Shown: positions 9,849-19,879 of the stretch, one piece after another | Numbering within the stretch: position 1 is the stretch's first letter | How the letters are laid out: each line of letters begins with the position of its first letter | Assembly: GCA_944387425.1 (NCBI GenBank) | Contig: CALXEV010000003.1 | Span: forward strand, 662-64,661 | From: an uncultured Clostridia bacterium | GTDB taxonomy: Bacteria > Bacillota > Clostridia > TANB77 > CAG-508 | DNA: 64,000 nucleotides | Direction of reading: 5' to 3' | Translations under genes and position numbers: made by a program | Notes under the pieces: generated by a model | Databases searched by the model: none | Told to the model about the DNA's origin: nothing | What the model saw: the letters and a program-made list of their open reading frames with translations, nothing else

Positions 9849-10517
9849 ATGAATAGTAAATATAGTAGTTTTTTAACAGTACTTTTAGTAATAGTAATAA
9901 TAGCAATAGTAGGAATATTAGGATTTTTAGGATATAGATATTATGAGAGTGTAAGAACAAAAAATACTTCAGAAGACTTTGTGGACACATTTTTGAATGA
10001 TTCAAATAAAGATACAAATACTACAGACCAAAATACAGTTAGTGATGATGAATGGAATGTTAATGTAGATGGGACAAACAATACTGGATCTTCAGCATCA
10101 AATGTTCAAAAGTATGAAGGATTTACAGTAGCAGGTACAATAGAAATTCCAGCAACTAACCTAAAATGTCCTATAATAGCAAGGTCAGAATATTCAAAAT
10201 CAGCATTAGAGAAATCAGTAGTAGAAGTATATGGAGTTGGATTAAATCAAGTAGGAAATACAACTATCGCAGGACATAACTACAGAAATGGAAACTTTTT
10301 CTCAAATAATAAAAGATTAAATACAGGTGATAAAATATATATAACAGATTTAACTGGAAAAAGAGTAGCTTACACAATATATAGTAAATATGAAACATCT
10401 GAAAGTGATGCTGAGTATATGTCAAGAGATACACAAGGAGCAGTTGAAATATCATTATCAACATGTACAGACGATAGTAAAGCAAGACTTATAATCTTAG
10501 CAAGAGCTGATGGCTAA
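9849..10517 (+). CDS. Sortase-family transpeptidase, membrane anchored
   Basis: It has an N-terminal TM helix, the catalytic-His context TIAGHN, the LSTC cysteine motif and a downstream Arg (KARLIILA). Confidence 0.8.
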   Translation: MNSKYSSFLTVLLVIVIIAIVGILGFLGYRYYESVRTKNTSEDFVDTFLNDSNKDTNTTDQNTVSDDEWNVNVDGTNNTGSSASNVQKYEGFTVAGTIEIPATNLKCPIIARSEYSKSALEKSVVEVYGVGLNQVGNTTIAGHNYRNGNFFSNNKRLNTGDKIYITDLTGKRVAYTIYSKYETSESDAEYMSRDTQGAVEISLSTCTDDSKARLIILARADG

Positions 10518-10536
10518 TAAAAATAAAGAAAATTGA

Positions 10537-10582
10537 GACATGTAAGTTATATTAAATATAATTACATGTCTTTTCATATTTT
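10537..10582 (+). terminator. Rho-independent terminator after the sortase gene
   Basis: gacatgtaagttatat (10537-10552) pairs imperfectly with atataattacatgtc (10556-10570), followed by a T-rich tail. Confidence 0.7.
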
Positions 10583-10596
10583 AAAAGGAGAAAACG

Positions 10597-12597
10597 ATGG
10601 ATAAAAAGCAAATAGAAAATAGAATTAAAGAACTTAGAAAATTGGTAGAATATCATGCAAAAAAATATTATGATGATGATAAACCAGAAATTTCAGATTT
10701 TGAATATGATATGATGATGTTAGAATTGAGAACATTAGAAAATGAAAATCCTGAATTTATAACCAAAAACTCTTTGACTCAAAAAGTAGGTGGACATGTA
10801 AAAGAAGGTTTTCAAAAAGTAGAACATGAAGTACCTTTACAAAGCTTGCAAGATGTTTTTGATTTTGAAGAAATAAAAGCATTTGACACTAGAGTAAAAA
10901 AACAAGCAGAAGAAAATGGAATAAAAGAAGTTAAATATGTTGTAGAAACTAAAATAGATGGATTATCGTCTGCACTAGAATATGTTGATGGAAAATTCGT
11001 TAGGGGAGCTACAAGAGGAAATGGACTAGTTGGAGAAGATGTAACAGAAAATTTAAAAACAATAAAAACAATTCCTCAAGAACTACCAGAAAAAATCAAC
11101 ATAACAGTTAGAGGAGAAGTTTTTATATCTAAGGAAAATTTTGAAAAAATGAACCAAGAAAGAGAAGAAAACGAAGAAGAATTGTTCGCAAATGCTCGTA
11201 ATGCTGCAGCTGGTTCATTAAGACAATTAGATAGTAATATTACAAAAAAAAGACCATTAGACATTTATATATTCAATGTTCAAAAAATCGAAGGAAAAGA
11301 ATTTGACTCACATTTTGAGGAATTAGAATACTTAGAAAAATTAGGATTTAATGTAAATCCTGTTAAAATACCATGTAATACAGTAGATGAAGTTATTTCA
11401 GCAATTAATAAGATTGGTGAAGATAGAGAAAAGTTAACATTTGGAATAGATGGAGCTGTTGTTAAAGTTGACAATCTAAAATTAAGAGAGATTTTAGGGA
11501 CAACAAGCAAAGTACCAAAATGGGCAATAGCATATAAATATCCACCAGAGAAAAAAGAAACAATCTTAAAAGATATTGCATTTCAAGTTGGAAGAACAGG
11601 AGTAATAACTCCAATGGCAATATTAGAGCCTGTAAAAGTTGCTGGTTCTACAATTTCTAAAACAACACTTCATAACGAAGATTTTGTTAAAGAAAAAGGA
11701 CTAAAAATTGGAGACACTGTTGTTATTCAAAAAGCAGGAGATGTAATACCAGAAATAGTAGAAGCTGTTACTTCAAAAAGAACAGGTAAAGAAAAAGAGT
11801 TTGTTATGCCAACAAAATGCCCTGTATGTGGAGCAGATGCAATCAGAATAGAAGGAGAATCAGCAGTAAGATGTACAGGAATAGAATGTCCTGCAAAATT
11901 ATATAGGAATTTAGTTCATTTCGTATCAAGAGAAGCTATGAATATTGATGGACTTGGTGAAAATATAATTGGAATTTTGCTAGATAAAAAAATGATATCA
12001 AATATTGCTGATATCTATGACTTAAAATTTGAAGATATTGCATCATTAAAGAAAAATGGAAAAAAATTTGCACAAAACCTAATAGATAGTATTAATGCAA
12101 GTAAACGAAATGATTTATATAGATTAATTACAGCATTAGGAATAAGGCATGTTGGAGTAAAAGCTGCAAAAATCTTGGCGAAGGAATATGATAATATTGA
12201 TAATTTAGCAAATGCAACAGTAGAAAATTTAAGTGAGATAGAGGAAGTTGGACCTATTGTGGCGAATAGTATAAGAGAATTCTTTGACCAAGAACAGACA
12301 AAAGATCTTATAAAAAGACTAAAAAATGCAGGAGTTAATACAACAAGAATAAAAGATGAAACAGCTGATAATAGATTTGAAGGAAAAACTTTTGTATTAA
12401 CAGGAGGACTTGAAAATTATTCAAGAGAAGAAGCAACTAATATAATAGAAAAGTTTGGTGGAAAAACTTCAAGTTCAGTTTCAAAAAAGACAAGCTATGT
12501 TTTAGCAGGAGAAGATGCAGGAAGTAAACTTACAAAAGCACAAAACTTAGGAATAACAATACTAACAGAACAAGACTTTGAGAAAATGATAGAATAG
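10597..12597 (+). CDS. ligA: NAD-dependent DNA ligase
   Basis: The adenylation motif ETKIDGLS, the Zn-finger cysteines (CPVCGA..C..C), the HhH region and a C-terminal BRCT domain (FVLTGGLENYSREEA) are all present. Confidence 0.97.
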   Translation: MDKKQIENRIKELRKLVEYHAKKYYDDDKPEISDFEYDMMMLELRTLENENPEFITKNSLTQKVGGHVKEGFQKVEHEVPLQSLQDVFDFEEIKAFDTRVKKQAEENGIKEVKYVVETKIDGLSSALEYVDGKFVRGATRGNGLVGEDVTENLKTIKTIPQELPEKINITVRGEVFISKENFEKMNQEREENEEELFANARNAAAGSLRQLDSNITKKRPLDIYIFNVQKIEGKEFDSHFEELEYLEKLGFNVNPVKIPCNTVDEVISAINKIGEDREKLTFGIDGAVVKVDNLKLREILGTTSKVPKWAIAYKYPPEKKETILKDIAFQVGRTGVITPMAILEPVKVAGSTISKTTLHNEDFVKEKGLKIGDTVVIQKAGDVIPEIVEAVTSKRTGKEKEFVMPTKCPVCGADAIRIEGESAVRCTGIECPAKLYRNLVHFVSREAMNIDGLGENIIGILLDKKMISNIADIYDLKFEDIASLKKNGKKFAQNLIDSINASKRNDLYRLITALGIRHVGVKAAKILAKEYDNIDNLANATVENLSEIEEVGPIVANSIREFFDQEQTKDLIKRLKNAGVNTTRIKDETADNRFEGKTFVLTGGLENYSREEATNIIEKFGGKTSSSVSKKTSYVLAGEDAGSKLTKAQNLGITILTEQDFEKMIE

Positions 12598-12609
12598 GAG
12601 GGATTAACT

Positions 12610-13407
12610 ATGGAAGCATTTGAAAATTTAAAAAGAAGGTTATTATTGGAAGTTTCTAATAGAGAAGAAATACCAGCAGATGTAACCAAAATGATTAAAG
12701 AAGCAGTAATAAAATTAGAACAATTATATCAACGAAATGGTACTATAAATGGTAGTATAGAACAATATATGGAAGGAACAATTCAAGAAGTTAATGCTCA
12801 TTTAAAAAATAGATATGGTGAAAATAGAAGAACAATGCATTTTACAGATGCACAACAAATTTTAAATGATATTGAAAAAGGTGTTTATACAAGAAACAAC
12901 ATAGAATACGCAGAAATCGGAAGTTCAGAACAACAAAGAGATATGGCAGATAAAACCTGTGAACTTTTAAGAGAAGGATTGATGGATATACGTTCAAGAC
13001 AGAACAGGATTTTAGATGCTAGAGGATTTAGTCAAGGAAGAATTGAACAAATAAATGCTGAAGCAGTTCAATTTATAAGAGAATATATAAGTACACACCA
13101 AGAAGAGGTTGTACAAATGTACCGTGATGATGATAAACAATTAAAACAAGATTTAGTATCACAGTTTGAAATGTATTTGCAAGATAAACAAACAGAGGAA
13201 AAAAGAGAAAATGATAAGAATGAGCAAGAAACCGGAGAAGCTAAAATGAGTGAGTCAAAAGAACAGGATTTTAGAGATTCTATGAGTGCTGGAATAAGCT
13301 TAGAAGAACAAAAAAGAAATGCTGATGAATTTGCTATTCAACAGGAAGAAAATAAAGATAAAGAACCAAAACAAACTTCAGTGTTGAGAGATGACTATAT
13401 AATGTAA
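12610..13407 (+). CDS. Hypothetical soluble, helical, acidic protein (265 aa)
   Basis: A ggaggg SD precedes the start, which lies 12 nt after the ligA stop. There is no TM helix and no motif I recognise. Codon usage is host-like. Confidence 0.6.
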   Translation: MEAFENLKRRLLLEVSNREEIPADVTKMIKEAVIKLEQLYQRNGTINGSIEQYMEGTIQEVNAHLKNRYGENRRTMHFTDAQQILNDIEKGVYTRNNIEYAEIGSSEQQRDMADKTCELLREGLMDIRSRQNRILDARGFSQGRIEQINAEAVQFIREYISTHQEEVVQMYRDDDKQLKQDLVSQFEMYLQDKQTEEKRENDKNEQETGEAKMSESKEQDFRDSMSAGISLEEQKRNADEFAIQQEENKDKEPKQTSVLRDDYIM

Positions 13408-13420
13408 ATAGGAGGATTGC

Positions 13421-13675
13421 ATGCAAGAATATACTTTTGAAGACATGTGGTTAGATTTAAAAAATGGATATCAAATTTATTACACATATGTTAGAAATAG
13501 ATATGTTTTATTTAAAACAGCTAAAAATTGCTATACACAAAAACTATTATCTAATAATTCAAAAAATCCACAACCCAAAATGTCAATGCTTACATTAAAA
13601 AGAGTACAAGAAATTTTTCCGTACATGGAAGACATCGAATACAAATATTCAGAAGATTTAAATTTAAATGATTAG
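13421..13675 (+). CDS. Hypothetical 84-aa protein
   Basis: It has an aggagg SD and is packed tightly between the 265-aa unknown gene and folD. I recognise no family. Confidence 0.55.
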   Translation: MQEYTFEDMWLDLKNGYQIYYTYVRNRYVLFKTAKNCYTQKLLSNNSKNPQPKMSMLTLKRVQEIFPYMEDIEYKYSEDLNLND

Positions 13676-13684
13676 GAGTAAAAA

Positions 13685-14527
13685 ATGGCTATAATAATTG
13701 ATGGAAAAGAACTAGCACAAGAAATTAGAAATGACTTAAAAATAAAATGTAGTGAATTAAAAGAAAAAGGAATAAAACCTAAACTTGCAGTAATTTTAGT
13801 TGGAGATGACAAGGCATCACAAATTTATATAAGAAATAAAAGCAAAGCATGTCAAGAAGTTGGAATAGACTTTGAAGAATATTTATTAAAAAAAGATACA
13901 ACACAAAAAAAGCTTTTGGATTTAATTGAAACATTAAATAATAATCCAAATATACATGGAATATTATTGCAAAGTCCTTTACCTGGACATTTAGACATAA
14001 ATGAAGCTAATATGACTATCTCTCCAAAAAAGGATGTAGATGGATTTAATCCAGTAAATGTAGGAAAATTATGCTTAAATCAAGATACATTTGTATCATG
14101 CACACCATATGGTATAATGAAAATGTTTGAAAAATATAATATAGACCTTACAGGAAAAAATGTTACAATAATCGGAAGAAGCAACATTGTAGGAAAACCA
14201 TTAGTACAATGTTGTATAAATAAAAATGCAACAGTAACAGTATGTCATTCAAAAACAAAAAACTTAGAAGAACATACTAAAAATGCAGATGTAGTAATTG
14301 TAGCAATAGGAAAGCCAAAATTTCTTAAAGAAAACATGATAAAGAAAGATGCTGTAATAATAGATGTAGGCATAAACAGAGATGAAAATGGAAAAGTAGT
14401 AGGAGATGTAGACTTCGAAAATGTTAGCAAAAAAGCAAGCTATATCACACCGGTTCCAGGAGGGGTAGGACCGATGACAATAGCAATGTTAATGAATAAT
14501 GTAATTAAAGCAAGTTCAAATAATTAA
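13685..14527 (+). CDS. folD: Bifunctional methylenetetrahydrofolate dehydrogenase/cyclohydrolase
   Basis: MAIIIDGKELAQEIR, LAVILVGDDKASQIYIRNK, GRSNIVGKP and PVPGGVGPMTIAML are present. Confidence 0.95.
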   Translation: MAIIIDGKELAQEIRNDLKIKCSELKEKGIKPKLAVILVGDDKASQIYIRNKSKACQEVGIDFEEYLLKKDTTQKKLLDLIETLNNNPNIHGILLQSPLPGHLDINEANMTISPKKDVDGFNPVNVGKLCLNQDTFVSCTPYGIMKMFEKYNIDLTGKNVTIIGRSNIVGKPLVQCCINKNATVTVCHSKTKNLEEHTKNADVVIVAIGKPKFLKENMIKKDAVIIDVGINRDENGKVVGDVDFENVSKKASYITPVPGGVGPMTIAMLMNNVIKASSNN

Positions 14528-14601
14528 AAATTGTGAATGGGGGCAATTATAAATTGCCTCTTTTTTTGTCCTATTAAATAATATGAAAGGAAAAGAAATA
14601 T

Positions 14602-15267
14602 ATGCAAATCGAAAAAATATCAATAAATGAAAAAGAATATCCTCAGCAATTAAAAAATATATATGACCCACCTCAATGTTTATATGTTTTAGGAAATAAA
14701 AACATATTAAACCAAAAGGGAATTGCAATAGTTGGTTCAAGAAAATGTACTAATTATGGAAAAGAAATGGCTATTAAAATTTCAGAGGAATTAAGTAAAA
14801 ATAAAATTAATATAATAAGTGGACTAGCAATAGGAATAGATTCATATGCACATTTTGGAAATATAAAAATACAGAACAATAAAAATGAGTATGGAAAAAC
14901 TATTGCCGTTTTAGGAAGCGGAATAGATCAAATTTATCCAAAGCAAAATGTGGAATTAGCAAGAAAAATAATTCAAACTGGTGGATGTATTATTTCAGAA
15001 TATCCAATTGGAACAATGCCTAAAAAAGAACATTTTCCACAAAGAAATAGAATTATTAGTGGACTAAGTTTTGGAGTTGTTATAGTAGAAGCACAAGAAA
15101 AAAGTGGAGCACTTATTACAGCAGATTTTGCAGTAGAGCAAGGAAGAGAGGTATTTGCAATACCAGGTGATATAAATAAAAAGGAAAGTATCGGGAGCAA
15201 TCAATTAATAAAAGATGGAGCAAAAATGGTAACATCTATAATTGATATATTAGAAGAAATGTTTTAA
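14602..15267 (+). CDS. dprA: DNA-processing protein DprA (short, Rossmann core only)
   Basis: IAIVGSRKCTNYG, IISGLAIGIDSYAH and SGALITADFAVEQGREVFAIPG are present. Confidence 0.85.
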   Translation: MQIEKISINEKEYPQQLKNIYDPPQCLYVLGNKNILNQKGIAIVGSRKCTNYGKEMAIKISEELSKNKINIISGLAIGIDSYAHFGNIKIQNNKNEYGKTIAVLGSGIDQIYPKQNVELARKIIQTGGCIISEYPIGTMPKKEHFPQRNRIISGLSFGVVIVEAQEKSGALITADFAVEQGREVFAIPGDINKKESIGSNQLIKDGAKMVTSIIDILEEMF

Positions 15268-15344
15268 AATGCTTGAAATAAAAAATAAAAATGTGTATAC
15301 TAAAAATATAAAAAAGAGAACTTTGATAAAGTGGGGGTAGAAAA

Positions 15345-17171
15345 ATGGAAGAAAATGGACTAGAAGGATTAAGTAATTTAATAAAAAAAATTAAAGTTAC
15401 ACCAGATAATGAAGAACTTATAAGAAAAATAGAAAATCTAATGGATGACGGAAAATATATAGATGCTTTGCCTTTAATTAGAAAGTTAAAAGAAGATGAA
15501 AAAAAAGGGAGAAGAAAAAAAGAAAAAAATACTCCAAAAGTAGAAAATAATGATAGTGACAATGAGGAAGAGACTGTAGAACCAAAAGAAGATGAAGAAA
15601 CAAATGATTATACTAATGAATACGAAGAAGAGGAAGAAGATATAGACTTAGAAATAAAAGAGATATATCCGGAAGAACTTTCAAACATAGAACTTGAAAA
15701 GAAATACATAGGTATGTTACTAAAAAATCCAAAAGCAATATCTATGTATTATATATTATTTGAAGATTGTTATTTTGAAAGTGATTCATTATTAAACTTA
15801 TACAAAAGTATATTATTTACAGAAGGAGAAGAATATGCACCACAAATAGCAAAAAATAACTTTAACTTTGCAAAAGAAACTTATGATGTAAAAAAATTAA
15901 GAGTTAGATTAAAAGAAGAAGCAGCAAAAAGAGAAGATAATTATGAAAAAATTTATCTTGAAACAATGAAATTATTTGAGATTAGAAAAAATTATTTATC
16001 AAACCCAATGAAAGAATTACAAGATAAAATAGTAGGAATACTAAAATATGAATTATATGACCAAATGTCAATTCAAGAAGTAAAAGACGCGATAGAACAA
16101 ATAACTGCCACTGAAAAATTCAAAAGAGCAGTTTTAAATGATGATATTACAGACTTTCTTTTACTAGGAGATAACAACTTGACAAATGGATTAGACTTAC
16201 CATTTCCAATACTTAGTAGTGTATTTAAAGGTGTAAGAAAAGGAGAAACAATGGCATATGCAATGCCATCAAACTCAGGAAAAAGTAGATTTACAATTAA
16301 TTTGGCTGCGTATTTAGCATTTATACATCAAAAGAAAGTATTAATAATATCAAATGAAATGTCAGAAGAGAAAATGCGCTTATGTCTTATAACAACGGTA
16401 TTAAATAATAAAGAAATACAAAAATTACATAAACAACAATTAACCAAAACTGAAGGAGAGTTATTGGAATTCAAATTTAGACCTGATAATAAAGATGATG
16501 TTGAAATTGATGAAGACGGATTTGTACTAAAAAAAGAAGGAGAATCACAAAAAGATTTTGCTAAAAGATTAAGCAAAGTTTCAAGCGAATTTAGAAGTAC
16601 AATTGAAGTTACAAAATGGCTTGATTCTCAAATAAAGAATTCAATCTATTTTGTAAATATAACAAATCACACAAATGACGAATTAGAAAAAGTTATATTA
16701 AATTATTACTATAAAGAAAAAATTGAATATATCTTTTATGATACATTAAAAACAGATACTGAAAATATAGGAAATGGAGAAGAAATAAAGAAAACTGCTA
16801 CAATACTTTCAAACTTAGCTCAAAATTTAAATATATTTATAGCATCATCTCTACAATTAACAGAAAGTTCAACTTTGCCAATTAACTTAAATATAAACGA
16901 CCTAGCTGTAAGTAGAACTGTTAAAGAGGTATTAGATACATTGTGTTTAATAAAACAAGTACATAATGAAGATTTAGATAAATATGAATATTCTCATGAA
17001 GAAGTGGACACTAAATTTTATCCATTAGAAAAATTTAAAGACCCAGATGTTAGATATTATATATGTGTTGTAGATAAAAATAGAGCTGGAGCAAAACCAA
17101 AAGTTATTTTTAGATTAAATTTAGCTTATAATTTCTGGGAAGAATTAGGATATGTCCGTTTAAAATCATAA
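15345..17171 (+). CDS. Divergent DnaB-like hexameric helicase with a ~110-aa charged N-terminal extension
   Basis: A DnaB N-domain-like segment is present (IELEKKYIGMLLKNPKAISMYY..LYKSILF). It has a Walker A motif (AMPSNSGKSRF), a Walker B-like motif (YIFYDTLK) and a DnaB-like VVDKNRAGAKPK. The first ~110 aa are Lys/Glu/Asp-rich. Confidence 0.7.
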   Translation: MEENGLEGLSNLIKKIKVTPDNEELIRKIENLMDDGKYIDALPLIRKLKEDEKKGRRKKEKNTPKVENNDSDNEEETVEPKEDEETNDYTNEYEEEEEDIDLEIKEIYPEELSNIELEKKYIGMLLKNPKAISMYYILFEDCYFESDSLLNLYKSILFTEGEEYAPQIAKNNFNFAKETYDVKKLRVRLKEEAAKREDNYEKIYLETMKLFEIRKNYLSNPMKELQDKIVGILKYELYDQMSIQEVKDAIEQITATEKFKRAVLNDDITDFLLLGDNNLTNGLDLPFPILSSVFKGVRKGETMAYAMPSNSGKSRFTINLAAYLAFIHQKKVLIISNEMSEEKMRLCLITTVLNNKEIQKLHKQQLTKTEGELLEFKFRPDNKDDVEIDEDGFVLKKEGESQKDFAKRLSKVSSEFRSTIEVTKWLDSQIKNSIYFVNITNHTNDELEKVILNYYYKEKIEYIFYDTLKTDTENIGNGEEIKKTATILSNLAQNLNIFIASSLQLTESSTLPINLNINDLAVSRTVKEVLDTLCLIKQVHNEDLDKYEYSHEEVDTKFYPLEKFKDPDVRYYICVVDKNRAGAKPKVIFRLNLAYNFWEELGYVRLKS

Positions 17172-17258
17172 AATAATTTTCTAATTTGTTCTAACAATTT
17201 TGTTTGTAGAATACAATTAAACAAAAAGTATTCCAACAAATAAAGGAGTTAGAACAAG

Positions 17259-17522
17259 ATGAAAAATAGTTCAATTGAAGAGCGTGCAGTAAATTTGGCA
17301 CAATATATTATAGATTCTAAAGATACAGTTAGAGGTGCAGCAAAGAAATTTGGTGTTAGTAAGAGTACAGTACATAAAGATTTAACTGAAAGACTCGCAA
17401 AAATAAATCCAGCATTATCAAGAGATGTACGACAAATTTTAGATGAAAACAAAGCTGAAAGACACATAAGAGGAGGTATGGCAACTAAACTTAAATATTT
17501 AAAAGAGCATCTTGACAACTAG
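17259..17522 (+). CDS. spoIIID: Sporulation transcriptional regulator SpoIIID
   Basis: IEERAVNLAQYIIDSKDTVRGAAKKFGVSKSTVHKDLTERL is the characteristic SpoIIID HTH, in an 87-aa protein. Confidence 0.9.
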   Translation: MKNSSIEERAVNLAQYIIDSKDTVRGAAKKFGVSKSTVHKDLTERLAKINPALSRDVRQILDENKAERHIRGGMATKLKYLKEHLDN

Positions 17523-17564
17523 AATTCAATATTGTAATATTTAATTGAAGGAGCGCATACAAAA

Positions 17565-18419
17565 ATGAAAGTTGAATTAGAAAATAAAAATGTAATTAGC
17601 ACAAAATTAAAAATAGTTTATGGAGTAATAATATTATTTTGTATAATATCAATTATAGTAGCAATAGTATTACAATTCACAAAAGATGATAGTTCTGAAG
17701 AAACACCTAATTTACCATCACTAAGTGAAGAACAAACTATGCAACATGAAACAGAATTTGATAATATATTTGAAAATAAAGTAAACTATCTGGAAAATAA
17801 CAGCTATAAAATAACTAAAATAGAACAAGATAAAGAAATAATTTACACAGGTTATCAAGATAATAATAAGAAAATAAATGATTATGAATTAGATGTAAAT
17901 ATACCATATATAAATATAGGAAATAACGCTTTAATTGACAGTTATAATCAAGAGATAAGAGATGTTTTTGAAACAAAAGCAAAGAGTGTTTTAAATACAC
18001 AAAATAGTAGTATTATATATACTGTAAATTATAGTGCCTATATATCAAATAATATATTATCATTAGTTATAAGATCAACATTAAAAGAAGGAAGTAACCC
18101 TCAAAGAGATATAGTTCAAACTTATAATTATGATTTAGAAACGCAAAAGGAATGTACAATAGATGAATTGTTAGAATTAAAAGGAATATCTAAGCAAGAA
18201 GCAAATAGAAAAATAAGAGATAAAATAAAAGAAGTACAAAAGTCTGTTGATGAACTTGCACAATTAGGATATACAATTTATCAAAGAAATCCTGATGATG
18301 ACATGTATAGTATAAATAATGTATCAGAATTTTTCTTAGGAGCAGACAATGCTTTATATATAATATATGCTTATGGAAATCAAAATCATACTAGTGAAAT
18401 GGATATTGTAATAATGTAA
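17565..18419 (+). CDS. Membrane-anchored DUF4163/DUF3298-like protein (RsiV/PdaC C-domain type)
   Basis: It has an N-terminal TM helix. The pattern YELDVNIPYINIGNNALIDSYNQEI and the C-terminal FFLGADNALYIIYAYG resemble these domains. The assignment is from memory only. Confidence 0.5.
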   Translation: MKVELENKNVISTKLKIVYGVIILFCIISIIVAIVLQFTKDDSSEETPNLPSLSEEQTMQHETEFDNIFENKVNYLENNSYKITKIEQDKEIIYTGYQDNNKKINDYELDVNIPYINIGNNALIDSYNQEIRDVFETKAKSVLNTQNSSIIYTVNYSAYISNNILSLVIRSTLKEGSNPQRDIVQTYNYDLETQKECTIDELLELKGISKQEANRKIRDKIKEVQKSVDELAQLGYTIYQRNPDDDMYSINNVSEFFLGADNALYIIYAYGNQNHTSEMDIVIM

Positions 18420-18457
18420 AAAAGGAAGGCATCAATTTCTTGATGCCTTCCTTTTTG
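18420..18457. terminator. Hairpin terminator in the convergent gap before the htrA 3' end
   Basis: ggaaggcatca (18424-18434) pairs with tgatgccttcc (18441-18451). It is flanked by an A-run and a T-run. Confidence 0.8.
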
Positions 18458-18543
18458 AAAATAAAAGGGGATGTTTATTTTAATCAGTGATTGTTAAAGT
18501 CAACTGACTATACATATAATATAACAATCAAATTTGTTCATTT

Positions 18544-18560
18544 TGTGAACTGTAAGTGAA
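18544..18560 (+). promoter_or_regulatory. TGTGAA-N5-aGTGAA direct repeat at the htrA 3' end
   Basis: Hexamers lie at 18544-18549 and 18555-18560 (11-bp period). They are preceded by TTGTTA (18491-18496), an 18-nt spacer and TATAAT (18515-18520), all pointing into htrA in antisense. Confidence 0.3.
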
Positions 18561-18571
18561 AAGTTGTAAAA

Positions 18572-19828
18572 TTAAGGAGTTTCTTCAAGTGTAACTTTTA
18601 AATCTTTTTCTTCACCATTTCTGTTAATAGTTAATGTTAATACATCACCAACTTTATGAGAATTTTTAATGTCATTTAACTCATTCATTGTAGTTATTGA
18701 TTGACCATCAACTTTTACAATTACATCTCCGGCTTGTAAACCAGCTTTTTGTGCAGGTGAGAAATCTTCTACACTTCTAACATATGCACCAACAACTAAA
18801 TCATATTCTTTAGCAGTTGCTTCATCTAAATCCATTCCTGTGAAACCTATATAAGGTCTAATAACTTTGTTATATTCAATCAAATCATCAATTATATCAA
18901 GAGTAGAATTAATTGGAATTGCAAAACCTATTCCTTCAACACCACTACCAGATAATTTTAAAGTATTTATACCAACAACTTTTCCATCACTATTTACAAG
19001 TGCACCACCACTGTTTCCAGAGTTTATTGCTGCATCTGTTTGAATACAAATGTATTTAGTTCCATCAGATTCGACTTCTCTATTAACAGCACTAATAATG
19101 CCTGAAGTTACTGTTGCGTCTAAACCTAAAGGGCTACCAACAGCCATTACAAATTCTCCTACAACAGCTTCATCAGAATTTGCAAATTCTGCAGCTGTTA
19201 AACCAGTCTTTTCAATTTTTAAAACAGCTAAATCTGTTTGTGAATCTTTTCCGACAATTTTTGCGTCAAAAGTAGCATCATTACCATATGTTCCAGCATT
19301 TAATTTAACTTTTACAGAAGTGGCTTCTGAAATATCATAATATGAATATGAATTACTTGAACTAGTATCAACAACATGATTGTTAGTCAAAATATAGCCA
19401 TCTTCACTAATAATTATTCCAGAACCAGTTGCTGTAGCTGTTGCTGTAGTTGGTTGACCAAATCCAAAAAATGAATTGGATGTTGTAGTATATGTTACTT
19501 CAATACCTACTATAGATGGTAAAATTTTATTAGCGGCAAAAACGGCAGTATTAGAGTAATTAGAAAGTGAAACTAAATTTGCCGTTGTTCCTTCGGCACT
19601 AGGTGTTGATGTTTGAACATAATTTGTATTTTCACCTATAATTTTTTCTTTTATAGATGGAACACCAAAACAAGTTCCAATTACAACAGAACATCCTACA
19701 ATACCACTAAAAAATGGTAAAATTACACTTTTTCCAAAACTATGTCCTTTTTGTTTGAAATTTGCATTTGAAGTTTTACTTGAAATGACTTCAAAATTAA
19801 CATTACTATTATTATTATTTTCTTCCAT
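18572..19828 (-). CDS. htrA: HtrA/DegP-family serine protease with a C-terminal PDZ domain
   Basis: It has an N-terminal TM helix and the trypsin-like triad context (ILTNNHVV, TDLAVLKI, GNSGGALVN). The PDZ segment includes GAYVRSV..AQKAGLQAGDVIVKVDG. Confidence 0.9.
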   Translation of the reverse strand: MEENNNNSNVNFEVISSKTSNANFKQKGHSFGKSVILPFFSGIVGCSVVIGTCFGVPSIKEKIIGENTNYVQTSTPSAEGTTANLVSLSNYSNTAVFAANKILPSIVGIEVTYTTTSNSFFGFGQPTTATATATGSGIIISEDGYILTNNHVVDTSSSNSYSYYDISEATSVKVKLNAGTYGNDATFDAKIVGKDSQTDLAVLKIEKTGLTAAEFANSDEAVVGEFVMAVGSPLGLDATVTSGIISAVNREVESDGTKYICIQTDAAINSGNSGGALVNSDGKVVGINTLKLSGSGVEGIGFAIPINSTLDIIDDLIEYNKVIRPYIGFTGMDLDEATAKEYDLVVGAYVRSVEDFSPAQKAGLQAGDVIVKVDGQSITTMNELNDIKNSHKVGDVLTLTINRNGEEKDLKVTLEETP

Positions 19829-19879
19829 AATAAAGCCTCCTTATGTCTCCTTTTAATCAATAATAGGATACACTATATT

